In this document: piece by piece, positions 1 through 10,839 of the stretch
Numbering within the stretch: position 1 is the first letter of the stretch
How the letters are laid out: each line of letters starts with the position of its first letter
Assembly: GCA_036172245.1 (NCBI GenBank)
Contig: JAYWIR010000006.1
Location: 1,116,001 to 1,180,000 of the forward strand
Direction: 5' to 3'
Source: Raillietiella orientalis
Lineage: Eukaryota
DNA: 64,000 bases
The notes under the pieces: model-generated
What the model was told of the DNA's origin: nothing
Database searches by the model: none
The model's input: only the letters and a program-made list of their open reading frames with translations
Made by a program: the position numbers and the translations under genes

Positions 1-3000
1 AGTTAATTGGTAGTGTTGATCAAATCAACATGAAGATAAATTTTTCACCTTCCTTTGATGGATATTTTGCAAATTCCCCTAACTTATGTTCTTGGATTGA
101 ATGTTAGTATATGTTTATTACTCGTAATTGGTTTAATGCCGTCTGAAGTTTTCAAATGCTGCATTTGACTCTATTCTGTATACCAATGATCTGGACTCTT
201 TTTTTGGCAAAGTGCACCATTTTCGTCATTACACTGATCTCTTGTTTTTTTTTTTTTTTTTTTTCTATTACCTTTTTCCTGCAACTCTATTCTTTCCCCA
301 TTTCAAATGAGGAACCTTTATACAGCACCTTTCCACGTGGTCATTCTCCTGAATGATATTCGGAAATGAAGTTAGACTATGTAATACCAACAGTTTTAAC
401 CCTTTAAATGCACGGCAGATCACTCTAAACTGATTTCCATTTTCGCTCATTCTGAGCCTCAAAACCCTGCTAAGGAATTTGAGTCCTTTTAACTATGCGT
501 ATTATTTTAGATCTTGAAGTTTCAGAACTAGTGTCGACATAAGCAAGCGTAAGTGTATTTCTTTACCCATCTCGAATGGGAGATTTGGGGAAAATAAGTG
601 TTCTAAAAGTACAATAACTCTTAGACTTATTGTACAGAACAAGCAGAATAGTGATCCAAGGAGGAGACTGATTCATTCAGTTATTACGAATTACATTTAG
701 AACGTAATCATAAGGAACGAAGCATTGCAAAAATGGTGTACTTCATTCATCAACGGTGTACTGTAGCATAAGAGCCACCATGTTATCTGCGCATGGAAGT
801 TTAATGGGTACACCAAATCAAAGGGATAGAGAACCTGGATGAACACGAAATTTTGAAGACGAAAATTTTGAAATATGAAAAGAAGCAAGGAAGGGGGAAA
901 CAAAAAACCCCATTCCGGAAGCCGAATAAGAACTAAGGAATGCCTCCGGTTATTTGCTTCGGACAAATGATAAACACAACTGAAGTCACTGAAAAATAGA
1001 CGGGAAAAAAATATGTAGAAACTTGAAATGAAAAAAAAAAAAAAAAAAAGGAAAAAGAAAGAAAAAATTACTGAAATTTTTAGATTCAGAGACAAAACAG
1101 GAACCCCATCCACGAATGAAGTATGAAGTTCGGGGAGGGGTTCAGTTTCTTGTGAGCTTGGCGTAACCAATTCCTTGAGGATTGCAGCGGAAAGTCATCA
1201 GTTAGTGGTGTTGACTGATTTACCGATGGATGGGAACTCTGTTGTGAGTCGACAACGGGGGTATAAAGCGCGTCGTATAAATAAGCACCACTCTTTAGTT
1301 CTTCCATTCATCAACGGTATTTAGTAACCCCATATGTTGAGCTTCTTATAAAATGTAATTGCTGCCAAGAGCATGGAAATATGTAACGTCTCCAGGATAA
1401 AAACTTACTGCAAGAGGTAAACTGAAGGAAAACGAAAATCCTTGTTTCTCACGCGCCAGCGTGTACTGAAGTTCGCTTGCCTTTCTGTGAAAATGCCCGA
1501 GAAGTCGAAGATGTTCTGGACCTTGATGGAAATCCAGGACATCTCCGATTGCGAAGGAATGCAAACTCATTCCCTAATTGCATTGTAACAAATGCCTTTG
1601 AGGAACGACCTGGAAGTTTGGCACACACTGTTGTGGACACTAGTGTAGTAATGCCACGGCTCGACAACATCGATTACAACGGTCAACTCCTTCGAAATTT
1701 CGCTTCCATAATTTTCAGGAGTGTCTTAATCACCTACTGCCAACGATAATCCAGGCTGCTATCATAGATTTGATTTTCAACGGATCCGTGTTGATGTGGG
1801 ATACCAGAATGTTGTGGAATGCTTGCTATGGTTACTCCTGGTTCAACAGACACTCCACCGCTCATCTGTTAAAAGACTACAATCTCACTTGGCTGGGATC
1901 AATGAAGATTCTCCAATCGAAGTCTGAAAAATCAAATCACTTCAGGTTACTGAGGGTTCTTCTTCCTCACTAGTTTCTTAGGAAGGAAAGCATCAAAGAA
2001 ACACTTGGATGGAACGTACCGTTGCTTGCTGATTTCGCAGAAGTGCTTGTTGCCAGCAGAAGTAAAAGATGTGATACAAATAGTTTAACTTAATCGCATA
2101 TTCAAAAGTCGCCCAGTACGGAATCATGTGTATTCGGTGTTGTTTTCTTAAGTCGTCTCGTTTTTCACGAGCTAAATCTACTCATTGGTGCCATCAGCAG
2201 TTGCTTTAAGCCTTGGAAACCTTCACAAATGATCAATGATTTTCAGTTTGCAACATGTACCTCGAAGCCTTCTATCATTCAACAGGTGTTTTTTTCTGTT
2301 GGTAGAAGCCTTCAGACAGAGAGGATCACTTGTATGCAAGTTGCTAGCCAGTTAAACGAGTAATGAGCATTACATATCGTGAAAGATGATCTCGAACATT
2401 TATGAAGCCGGTCGCCCGCGGCGACTCTTAAATGCACTCATTTGTGCCATCAAACTTCAGTTTACCACTTGCCTTTTTCAAATTTCTTAATTCATATCGG
2501 TACAGTTTGGAAGGCTTAGTTTTAGGTACATCAGCACATCAAAAAAGATTGATGTTTAATTTGCTGTTTGCATACACTTTTTCAGTTCTGATATTACTGA
2601 CTTGGTTTGTAAAATCGGCAATCAGTATTATATTTTCAGAAATTATATTCAATTCAAACTATATTCTCATACCAGAACGGTGTGAGAAAATTTCGATCCC
2701 TTTTTGTCCTAGGAATAGAAAAATTGCAGTGCAACAACTGATATTATAAGTTGGATGCAAAGACAATTTCTCGACAAATTCAGGAATTCGCATTGGTCTC
2801 GATTTAAAAACTGGAAGCATTTCCTGGCTTCTCTGTTAACTAATCATTCGTAGTTATCAAACTGTGCTTTCTATTCCGAAACATTAGTTGTAAAGCATGC
2901 GAAATATACTCCAAAAACGGTATGTTGGAAGGTCTGTATGATGAATAATCATACATTCAGTTTTATTAAATTGAATGCATGGTTATTTGAAGCAGATTAT

Positions 3001-5307
3001 TTGAAATTAAAATGCAAACTTGAATAGTCTGTTTGGAAATTAAGAAAAAAATAGATGAACAGTTACACACCTCCGCGGAACTTCTTCCGTCGGCGAAGGA
3101 AGACTTGTTTCCATGAGCGGTACGTGACAAAAAATGAGTACATAAACGAATAACGCAGCCGCATAGATCTCAGAATGCTTCATTACCAAAGTATTTTCTC
3201 AGGAATAAATTTTCGGCAGAGTGAACAGGAAACTTGCATTCATAAATACTATGCTTTAACAGCTGCAATAATACGGATCTCGAATCTTTAAAAATAAGTA
3301 TTTGAAGGATTTGATGGATCGGCAAATAGATGAACAGAAAAAACACAAAACAGACTCAGTTTTAGGTGGATAAACGTATTCAATGCAATCCCTATTGAAA
3401 TTCTGAAACAAAATCCCAAGGTGGTTTGGCACTCCTGATGTTCCCGCGCAATTTCCATCGGTGGTCTCAACAATGAACTGTACACGTTTCCGTGGTTCAA
3501 ATCCTCCGTCCGAATTATCGAAAAACTGAAAGACCCCAATTTTTTAGGCAAAACGTTTCTTGCTCAAAGCCTTTTTTTTTGCGCTAATGGTAGTCACACC
3601 GTGCCAGTCCGATGACACGTTGCCCCTCCCCTCTAGTCATTAGACTGCGAATTAGTCTGATGCTTGTTTGCGTTTGCTGCGAAGCTAATCCACTAAGGTC
3701 CGGCTTTCGGGGATCTCGTTCGAAGATTGTTGGCTTCTCCTCCCAAAGGGTTTCGGGGGTCTATAGCTCATCCTCGAGGTTAAACTCCATAGCAGGTCAA
3801 CCGTGCAATTTCCGCTGCTTTTCGTGTCCACGTTTCTCGCGAAAGCGTCGTCACGACGCATCGCTGGGAAGAGCACGAGGAAGTCTCGCCGCCGTTGTCG
3901 CGGCGAATAGGTTGACCGTGGCCGGTTGGTTGCCTTCTGTCGCTTTGGCCTCCGGCGAAAAGGCGCGAAACTTCCATCCCCGTATGCGCACGTCGGGCCG
4001 AGCGGGCTGCACCGGTCGCGCGCGCGCGGCAAGACGGCAACTCCGCGTAGGAGGGAGAGAAACCACGGCAGGATTTTGTTGTTGTTGCTGTTTTGGTTCC
4101 CAGACGATCGGCTAGAGGATGAGACGGAGGGGGAAGAAAGGGGACGATCGGTGGTGCTCCCGGAACGGCGGAGGAATTCTTCGGAAGATGGGAAACCGGA
4201 AGTGCCTCTTCATCGCGAGGAGTTTGGGTACGTAGGAGGAGACAGCTGACACTTTTCCCGCAGCGAGAGAGACGGACGGGACGTCAAGGAAGCTTCGCTT
4301 CCCTTCCTCCCTTCGCTAGGAATTTCGGAGGAGGATCACTTCAGAGGGAAGGGGAGAGGCACACGAGGCGACTGAGTAGAGAAAGAAGACGCGCAAGAGG
4401 TCCTGGAGCAACAGCACTTTCTGGGACATGAAGAGGATGGGAGACGGGAAAAAGTCAAAGGAAAGCGGGTCCTGTGTGGGTCTTCCACTTGTCCTCAGGA
4501 CCCTTCCTTCTTACACCGCTTTGCGCAGGAAGAGGACGAGGCGCATGGACGCTGCCGTGGCCCTCACGGCCGATGGGTGCACGTCCGTCGTCGTGCAGGC
4601 CTTCTGGCGCCGGGGAGGCGCAGCGGCGGTCCATCCCGGCGTTGGGCTCTCCTCCTCCTCTCTTTGGCGCCGACGAAGAGAGGACGAGAACCGGATTCGG
4701 TTTTCCCCCGTTTGCCGTCTCCCTCCGTTCCCGGAAACCGCGATGCTGCTGGCCGCTCTGCGGCTCCCCAGACAAGCTCGGAGGTGCGAGACGTGGCGCG
4801 CGTCCACCTGGCTCGAAGTCGGATCCCCGAAGTCGCCGCAGAGGCGGGAGGTCCACACGTTGGCGTGGAAACCGCGCTTGGTGGGTTCGAGGTACGGCGC
4901 CTCCATGCAGAGGCGGGCCGGAACCAAGGCGATTACGATACCGTGCTCGCTCGCCTCTTCCCCCTACAGAAACAATCGGACCGTGGGCAGCAGTGCGCCC
5001 GGTCATTTTTTGGTTTCCTTTTTTATCTTTCTCTTCCTTTTGCTTTCTCGCTGCTGCACCTTCGCTGGGTCACGGGAGGGGAAGGGGTAAGGGCATAGAG
5101 GATCACGTCTTCTTGCAGTTCCCACGGGGAAGTCAGCGCGGGCGAAGTCTCTTCCAGCACGGGCCGGGAGGGAAGACAGGAGGCGGAAACCGCCGCACTG
5201 GGCTCGGGAGCCGTCCGGTCTGCGACGGGAGGAGGAGGAGGGGGAGGGGCAGGCCTTGACTAGACGCCGGCCGGGACGACGAGCACCTCCTTTCCACAGG
5301 GGTCGGG

Positions 5308-5756
5308 TCAAGTCCGGAAGAATCGGATGACGTCGCGGATGGGGGCGCGGCACATGGGGCAGAAGCCGCCGCCCTCCACACCCCGCCAATGCTGCAGGGC
5401 GCAGCCATAGCACATGCACATGTGGCCACAGGCGTACAGCACGCTGTCGATGTTCTTCTCGTAGCAGATGATGCACTCGTCCGGGTCCTCGCCGAAGGCC
5501 CCCGAGGGCAGCGGTCCCAAGGAACGGCGCATCGCCGCCGCCGCCGCCGCAGGCGACCGGAACGCCCTCAGCACATCGATCTCCGCGTACACGTGCTCTT
5601 CTAGGAGGTCCCTTGAGGATAGCGAAAGGGGCGCGGGGTGCGAGCGCTTGCCACCGCCGCTCCCGGGAGTCCGCGCGCAGCCGTTGTGGAGGAGGTCGGA
5701 AGGTGGCGTTCCGTGCAGGGGGGGAGCCACCGTGGCGAGGCGGTGCCTCGGGAGAC
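5308..5756 (-). CDS. neur: neuralized terminal exon, C3HC4 RING finger
   Basis: ccttcag| acceptor. Encodes ECIICYEKNIDSVLYACGHMCMCYGCALQHWRGVEGGGFCPMCRAPIRDVIRFFRT, then TGA at 5310-5308. The spliced CDS from ATG 8648 is 1665 nt (554 aa) and stays in frame throughout. Confidence 0.97.
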
Positions 5757-5870
5757 CTGAAGGAGGGCGTATCGGGAACATCATCTCAACACGACGTGGA
5801 GGAGAAGGGGAGGAAGGGAGGGAAGAGGAGGAGCGAGGGGGGGGGAGAGAAAGAGGATGAGGTGTCTCAC

Positions 5871-6008
5871 CGGATAGAGGATGGATCCCAACACTGCGGA
5901 TCCTCTGTGTCCTGCCGTAGAGGTTGAACATGACCCAGAGAGGAAGCGACGGATCGGCGTGTCCGAGGGCCACCAAGCCGTGTCGGCTTCTCCCGCAGAG
6001 GACGGAGC
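5871..6008 (-). CDS. neur: neuralized exon, end of NHR2
   Basis: ctcccag| acceptor and G|gtgaga donor. Encodes ...HADPSLPLWVMFNLYGRTQRIRSVG. Confidence 0.9.
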
Positions 6009-6538
6009 CTGGGAGCAGAATCGGCGGAACGTTACGGAAGCACATCGGAGGACCTCCCAGGATGTCCCGAGAGGAGGGGGCACGCGCCAGCTTCCCCTCT
6101 TTCCCTTGAGACGCGCAATCGGGGCAGCAGATGCGAACAAGAAAAAAGGTGGAGCGCGCCTGGAGGGAGGAGAAGGGAGGGAGGAGGAAAAGGGAGCTCT
6201 TCCTCTCTCTTCCCCTCCCCACCCTCTGCCTGAATCTTCCGCGGAGGGAAAAATCCTTGCTTCGGAGAAGCTGCGCCGAGAAGGGGGGGAGGGGGAGCGA
6301 AACGGATATAGCTCGTGGGAAGTTGTTCTCCGTGGTCCCCGTGCTGCTGGCCTTCCCCTGAGGAGAAGTGAAGAGCTCTTGGGGAGGCACTTGGGTGCGC
6401 CGAGGGAGGGAGGGCCCGGGAGACGGGAGGAAGCGCAGGTTCGGCAGCGGTGGACCGTCCCTGGGACGAGGAGGAGAAGGAAGAGTCGTCGCCCCTCCCC
6501 CTCCTTCCCTCCTGACCCGTGCACGTCGCGGGACTCAC

Positions 6539-6740
6539 CGTCGACATCGATACCGAGGAGCAGCTCCTCTCCAGCCGCGAGCCCCTGAGGGACAGCGTCC
6601 TTCACAACGAGCCAGAACTCCTCCCGGTCCAGGAAGTCGTCTGGATCCTCCGGCAAGTGGTGTCCGCGGAGGCTGCTGGGGTCGCAGGAGGTGACCCCGA
6701 AGGCGATGGCTCCTTCGTAGATGCTCATTACGCCGAGGAC
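6539..6740 (-). CDS. neur: neuralized exon, NHR2
   Basis: ctctctgcag| acceptor and G|gtgagt donor. Encodes VLGVMSIYEGAIAFGVTSCDPSSL...LPEDPDDFLDREEFWLVVKD. Confidence 0.95.
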
Positions 6741-6784
6741 CTGCAGAGAGAGAGAGAGAGAGGGGGGGGGGAGGAGCAACCAAC

Positions 6785-6911
6785 CTGCACGGCCCAGAAG
6801 TTGCCCAGAGGCAACGGGTCGGCGCTGAAGACGTAGGCATGGTTGTAGGAAGTGCGGCTCCTGGTGGCGACCAGGTTCCGGTGGGACACCACGACGTGCC
6901 TCCCGCACAGG
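6785..6911 (-). CDS. neur: neuralized exon, NHR2
   Basis: ttccccag| acceptor and CAG|gttggt donor. Encodes SLCGRHVVVSHRNLVATRSRTSYNHAYVFSADPLPLGNFWAVQ. Confidence 0.9.
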
Positions 6912-6962
6912 CTGGGGAAGCACGGGAGGGTGGTGGGAGAGCGGAGGGAGGGGGTCGCCTAC

Positions 6963-7176
6963 CTGTGGAAGGGGAACGGGGCGAACGTGACCCCGACGAG
7001 GTCGCGGAGGGGCAGGAAGTCGGGCTGGTCCTGCTGGGGGGGAGGCGGCGGCGGCAGCGGCGGCCGGACGGTGTGCGCCCGGGGGTGTGCTGGCGCGGGT
7101 TGGATCCAGCGCTCCATCTCCTCGTCCCGAGCGATGTCGTGGAAGAAGTTGGGCCGGGAAAGGGGGTTGCCGGGGT
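6963..7176 (-). CDS. neur: neuralized exon, Pro-rich linker into NHR2
   Basis: Pyrimidine tract with an aag| acceptor (phase 1, fits the upstream donor) and AG|gtaggc donor. Ends ...GVTFAPFPFH. Confidence 0.82.
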
Positions 7177-7304
7177 CTTCCGGGAAAAGGAGGAGAGGGA
7201 GGAAGAAAAGCAAAAGATCAGACCTCCGTGCTTCCGACGCCTGCCCGATCCACCCCGCACCTCGCCCCAATAATCCCCATACCCCCATCCGCGCCCCTAC
7301 TTAC

Positions 7305-7520
7305 TCAGTATCTGCACACCCGTGGTGTTCCCGTAGAGGTCGAAGAGCGCCCACAGCGGTGCCTTGATGTCCACGTCGGAGATGAAGACGCCCTTGTCGG
7401 CGCCGTTGAAGGAGTAGCAGACGGCGCCGAAGGAGTTGACCCAGAAGCACACCGTCGCGTCCAGCTCCACGTGCTTCTCCGGCAGGGCCTTGGCCCAGTA
7501 GCCGTGCTTGTTGGTGAGGT
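7305..7520 (-). CDS. neur: neuralized exon, end of NHR1
   Basis: cacccag| acceptor and A|gtaagt donor. Encodes DLTNKHGYWAKALPE...LWALFDLYGNTTGVQIL. Not given as a single ORF in the track. Confidence 0.95.
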   Translation of the reverse strand, partial: TSPTSTATGPRPCRRSTWSWTRRCASGSTPSAPSATPSTAPTRASSSPTWTSRHRCGRSSTSTGTPRVCRY

Positions 7521-7576
7521 CTGGGTGAGAGGGGGCCGTGCGGGCAGGCGTGAAAGGGGCCGCGAGCGTTTCTCAC

Positions 7577-7691
7577 CGGGGCAGGAGTAGCGGGGCAGCC
7601 CCCCGCGGTGCTCGTTGGGGTCGTGGTTCGTGAAGCCCAGACGCATGACGCCGGTCCAGCACACGTGGATCTCCACGAACTTGATGCACAC
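7577..7691 (-). CDS. neur: neuralized exon, NHR1
   Basis: ccccag| acceptor and G|gtgaga donor. Encodes VCIKFVEIHVCWTGVMRLGFTNHDP...LPRYSCP, retaining the GFT glycine equivalent to Drosophila G167. Confidence 0.95.
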
Positions 7692-7808
7692 CTGGGGGGG
7701 AACGGCGAAGGGTGGAGAGGAAGGAAGGAGGCGACGGGAGAGGCTCCCTTTCCTTCCTTTTCCCCCCGCCCGCCCACCCCTCTTCTCCCCTTCCCGCCTC
7801 GGACGTAC

Positions 7809-7972
7809 CTTCTCGTTGACGCGGACCTCCCGGTTGCTGAAGGCGATTCCCTTGCAGAAGCCGCTGACCCGGTGCGCCACGGAGCAGGTCCGGTTGAAGC
7901 GGATGTTGGCGCCGCACACGTGGTGGAACGCCAGGGACGGCAGGACGGCGCCAGGTGAGTCCGGGGTGCGCC
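7809..7972 (-). CDS. neur: neuralized exon, start of NHR1
   Basis: ttccccag| acceptor and AAG|gtacgt donor. Encodes LAFHHVCGANIRFNRTCSVAHRVSGFCKGIAFSNREVRVNEK. Confidence 0.92.
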
Positions 7973-8310
7973 CTGGGGAACGCAGGAGAATGCAGTCCGG
8001 TTGGTGCCGGGGCGCTCCGGGGAAGGGAGAGGGACACTCGCGCTCCCGCGTGGAAAAGAAGGAGGGGGTGAGGGCGGGCATGCCCTTCCAGATACCGCGC
8101 CCAGGAATGCTGCTTCCTCTCCTCGGGAGATGCAAAGGGAAATGAAAAGTAAGGTGGAGGGAAATCCTGAAAGGATTCCCGACAGCCCTCCCTGGTCTCT
8201 CGGAGGGGAGGGCAAGCCGAGAACCTCTTACGGGAAAACGAGGGGTCGGGATGGAATCTACCCATCCCATACACTGGGAAAACGTCAGCAGTCATCTTCC
8301 TGCCATGAAC

Positions 8311-8490
8311 CCGTCCGTCCATTCCTCGGTACTTCCGTCCGTTCTTCCGGTGCGTGAGTCCATCCCTCGGTACGTCCGTCCTCTCTTCCGGTGCATCCGT
8401 CCATCCCTCGGTGCGTCCGTCTTCTCTTCCGGTGCGTCCGCCCATCCCTCGGTACGTCCGTTCTCTCTTCCGGTGAGCCCGTCCGTCCAT
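8311..8490. repeat. 41-bp minisatellite, about 4 copies, in neur intron
   Basis: Unit approximately gtccatccctcggtacgtccgtcctctcttccggtgcgtcc, starting at 8317, 8358, 8399 and 8440, with a partial copy at about 8485. Confidence 0.9.
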
Positions 8491-8608
8491 TTGCTTTCCA
8501 TCTGCTTCTGTTCGCCCAGCGCCCGGGGAACCCAAAAGGCTTATCAAGAAAAGAGCGCGCGTGCGAGTGCTGGCGGCGGAAACGCAAAGGTGCAGCAGCC
8601 ATACGAAC

Positions 8609-8731
8609 CCAATCCGATCTTCTTCTTGATCTTCTTGAACACCTTCATCCTAGGCGACTCCGGGAGGATGCGGAGGCGCCTCCAGGCTCCGCGAACCCGC
8701 GCGGCGAGCGAGAGATCGACTGGGTCGCTCC
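8609..8731 (-). CDS. neur: neuralized exon with basic phosphoinositide-binding motif; likely ATG at 8648
   Basis: Acceptor gtgtttcag| at 8732 and phase-1 donor G|gttcgt at 8608. Reads ...RMKVFKKIKKKIGLG, matching the KKIKKRFGL motif of Drosophila Neur. The frame is open 5' of the ATG, so a longer N-terminus is possible. Confidence 0.85.
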
Positions 8732-9730
8732 CTGAAACACACGAGAGAGTCCGGTGAGGGGGAATGCGCCGGTGGCGACGCGCTACGACATTGGTCCACG
8801 GGGAAATGCGCGGGACATTTGAGCGAGTCCCCCCGCTTCTTCCAGCCCCCCCTCCCCCCCCACACGCACCTAGAGCGTGTCCCTTGGGAACAAAGGTTCG
8901 AGAAGGTGGAGGAGATCTGCCGGTGCGAAGCGAGCGGAAGACGAGAGCGCGCGCGCGCGCGTGCCTTCGGCCGAAACCGTTACGCCCTGTGCGACGTTTC
9001 CCGCGCGCGCGCAGCCGGGTCTCCTGGGCAACGACATTTCTCCTCCCTTTTTCTCTTTTTTATGGGGTGAGGAAACGGGAATGGGAGGAGAGAGAGAGAG
9101 AGAGAGGAGGGGGGAGGGTGATGAGGAGAGCAAGGATGATAGCCGTGCGTCGCATTCTCGTCTTGCCCCCTTTTTGTTCTTCCTCTTCTACATCGAAAGG
9201 GAGGAAAGGACTCATCCTCGAGCTCGATGTCACGCGCCGGGTATGTCACAGCCACATGCATGCACGCCTCAGGCTGAGGAAGTTTCGCCTCCCGCGTGAC
9301 CCCGTCGGAGGAACGGCTCCTCGGGAACACGTGGCAGCGCTCGCTGGGTCTCCACCGACGGGCTCTCCTCCCGTTCGACCGCCGCCTCGAAGGCTGGACA
9401 TGCACACTCCCTCCCTTCCCCCCCCCGCTTCCCGCGATGGACAGCCGCTTCCTCTACCAGCAGGACGCTTCTCATCCATCCGTCCACTCGCCCGCGTCGC
9501 TCCGGAGCGCGGGAGATAGGTGGGAAGGAGCCCCTCCCTTTCCTTCCCGACGCTCTGCATGAAGAGCTCGCGCGGAGACACGCACCCGCGATCTCGCCGG
9601 TCGTGTCCGTCCGTAACCATGCAACAGGAAGTCGCAATAATAACGCTTCGCAGCATCATCTCGAGCATGACGCCGATGCGGCTGCCAGGGTAGCGGCAGG
9701 AACAACCGAGGAGTCCGCGGCTCCGGGGAG

Positions 9731-9738
9731 TATTTATA
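9731..9738 (-). promoter_or_regulatory. TATA box, candidate proximal neur promoter
   Basis: cTATAAATAc on the neur strand within GC-rich DNA, about 1 kb upstream of the first coding exon. A GG|gtgcgt donor follows at 9585. Confidence 0.5.
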
Positions 9739-10365
9739 GTTCGAGGATGTGTGAGCGACCTCTCCTTTTTGCTTCCTTTCCCCCTCCCTCCCTCTCTCCC
9801 TCCCCCCCCCTTCTACTCCGCCCTTCTCCACGGGCGCTGATCGGCAGCGGGCGGCGGAAAAGATTGGGTCAGCTGCGGAAGTGGCGGAGGGGCAAGGCCG
9901 TGCACATGGCGGGCAGGAAGCCTTTCCGGGACGTGGCAGATTCCATCTACCGTAAACAAAACGGAACGGTAATTACCCGCCTTCCTCCTGGCTGCGAGAT
10001 CGTGCGAAGCACTGCGGCGACCGGAGAGGATAGCGCCTGGTCGTGAAAGGAGACGAGACGACGCGAGCGGCAAAAACGGGGGGGAGAAGGGGGGGAGGGG
10101 GAGGGGGAGAGGAAAAAAGGAAAAAAAAACGGGACAAAGAGGGAAGACGGACGGGGGGAAGCTACGGGAACTTCCGAGGGAAGGGGGCGGACAGGCAGGG
10201 AAGCTCCCGCATCGGAGCAGGGGAGAGCGCAGGCGATCCCGTCGGCGCGCGCGCAGGACGCGGGGAGGAGCGGTGGGGGGAGGAGGAGGCCTCCGCGGCC
10301 CGGGACACTTCCCCCAGCACACTCTCTGATCACTACCAAACTTGCACCGGCAGATTCCCACTGCG

Positions 10366-10839
10366 CACGTGATACCGATTAAAGGAGCACAAACAGAAAC
10401 GGTCGGCGGCGGCACGTCCGCGCAGACACCGCGCCGTGCGTGCACACCTCGAAGTCGAGCGGCAGCCGGCACGCGACTGAATAACTCGCCAGCTGTTCGG
10501 AACAATCGCGACGCGGCAAACGGAGGCAACCAGCTGGCGCGTGTGTGTGGGCTTTGAGGGAAACGCGCTCGAGTCTCCCGGTTTCCCAAATAGTCCTATG
10601 CACCACCAGTCACGTGGGTTGCGCTTCCCGGAGTTCCTGAAACAATGGGAGGAGGCGGCGGTCGCTCCGTAACCTGGGTTACGTTTTTTTTGTTTTTTGT
10701 TTTTCCCTCTTCCCTTTTTGGGATTTCCTCAACAATGTAGGAAGCAAACCAGCCTGGTTGCCTGCTGTAGGCCTGTTTAAACAATCGGTTGCAATGGTAG
10801 CGGCGTCCAACGCTTCTTTTCTTTTTTCTTCTCAACAAT
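10366..10839. promoter_or_regulatory. candidate neural-precursor enhancer (bHLH repressor, proneural and Sox sites)
   Basis: GGCACGCGAC at 10468-10477; CACGTG at 10366 and 10611; CAGCTG at 10490 and 10531; AACAAT at 10501, 10641, 10731, 10780 and 10834. Confidence 0.55.

Noticed and set aside
697..2400. Exon-like or TE-like stretch near the left end, with a short repeated ttcatcaacggt at about 746 and 1307
   Set aside because: The frames I translated are broken by stops, and I recognised no transposase, RT or gag motif.
3060..3530. Minus-strand peptides YRSWKQVFLRRRKKFRG and FDNSDGGFEPRKRVQFIVETTDG...
   Set aside because: They look protein-like but are short, with weak splice signals and no assignable family.
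8311..8490. Repeat array considered as CRISPR-like
   Set aside because: The units are contiguous with no unique spacers, lie in a eukaryotic intron and have no cas genes nearby.
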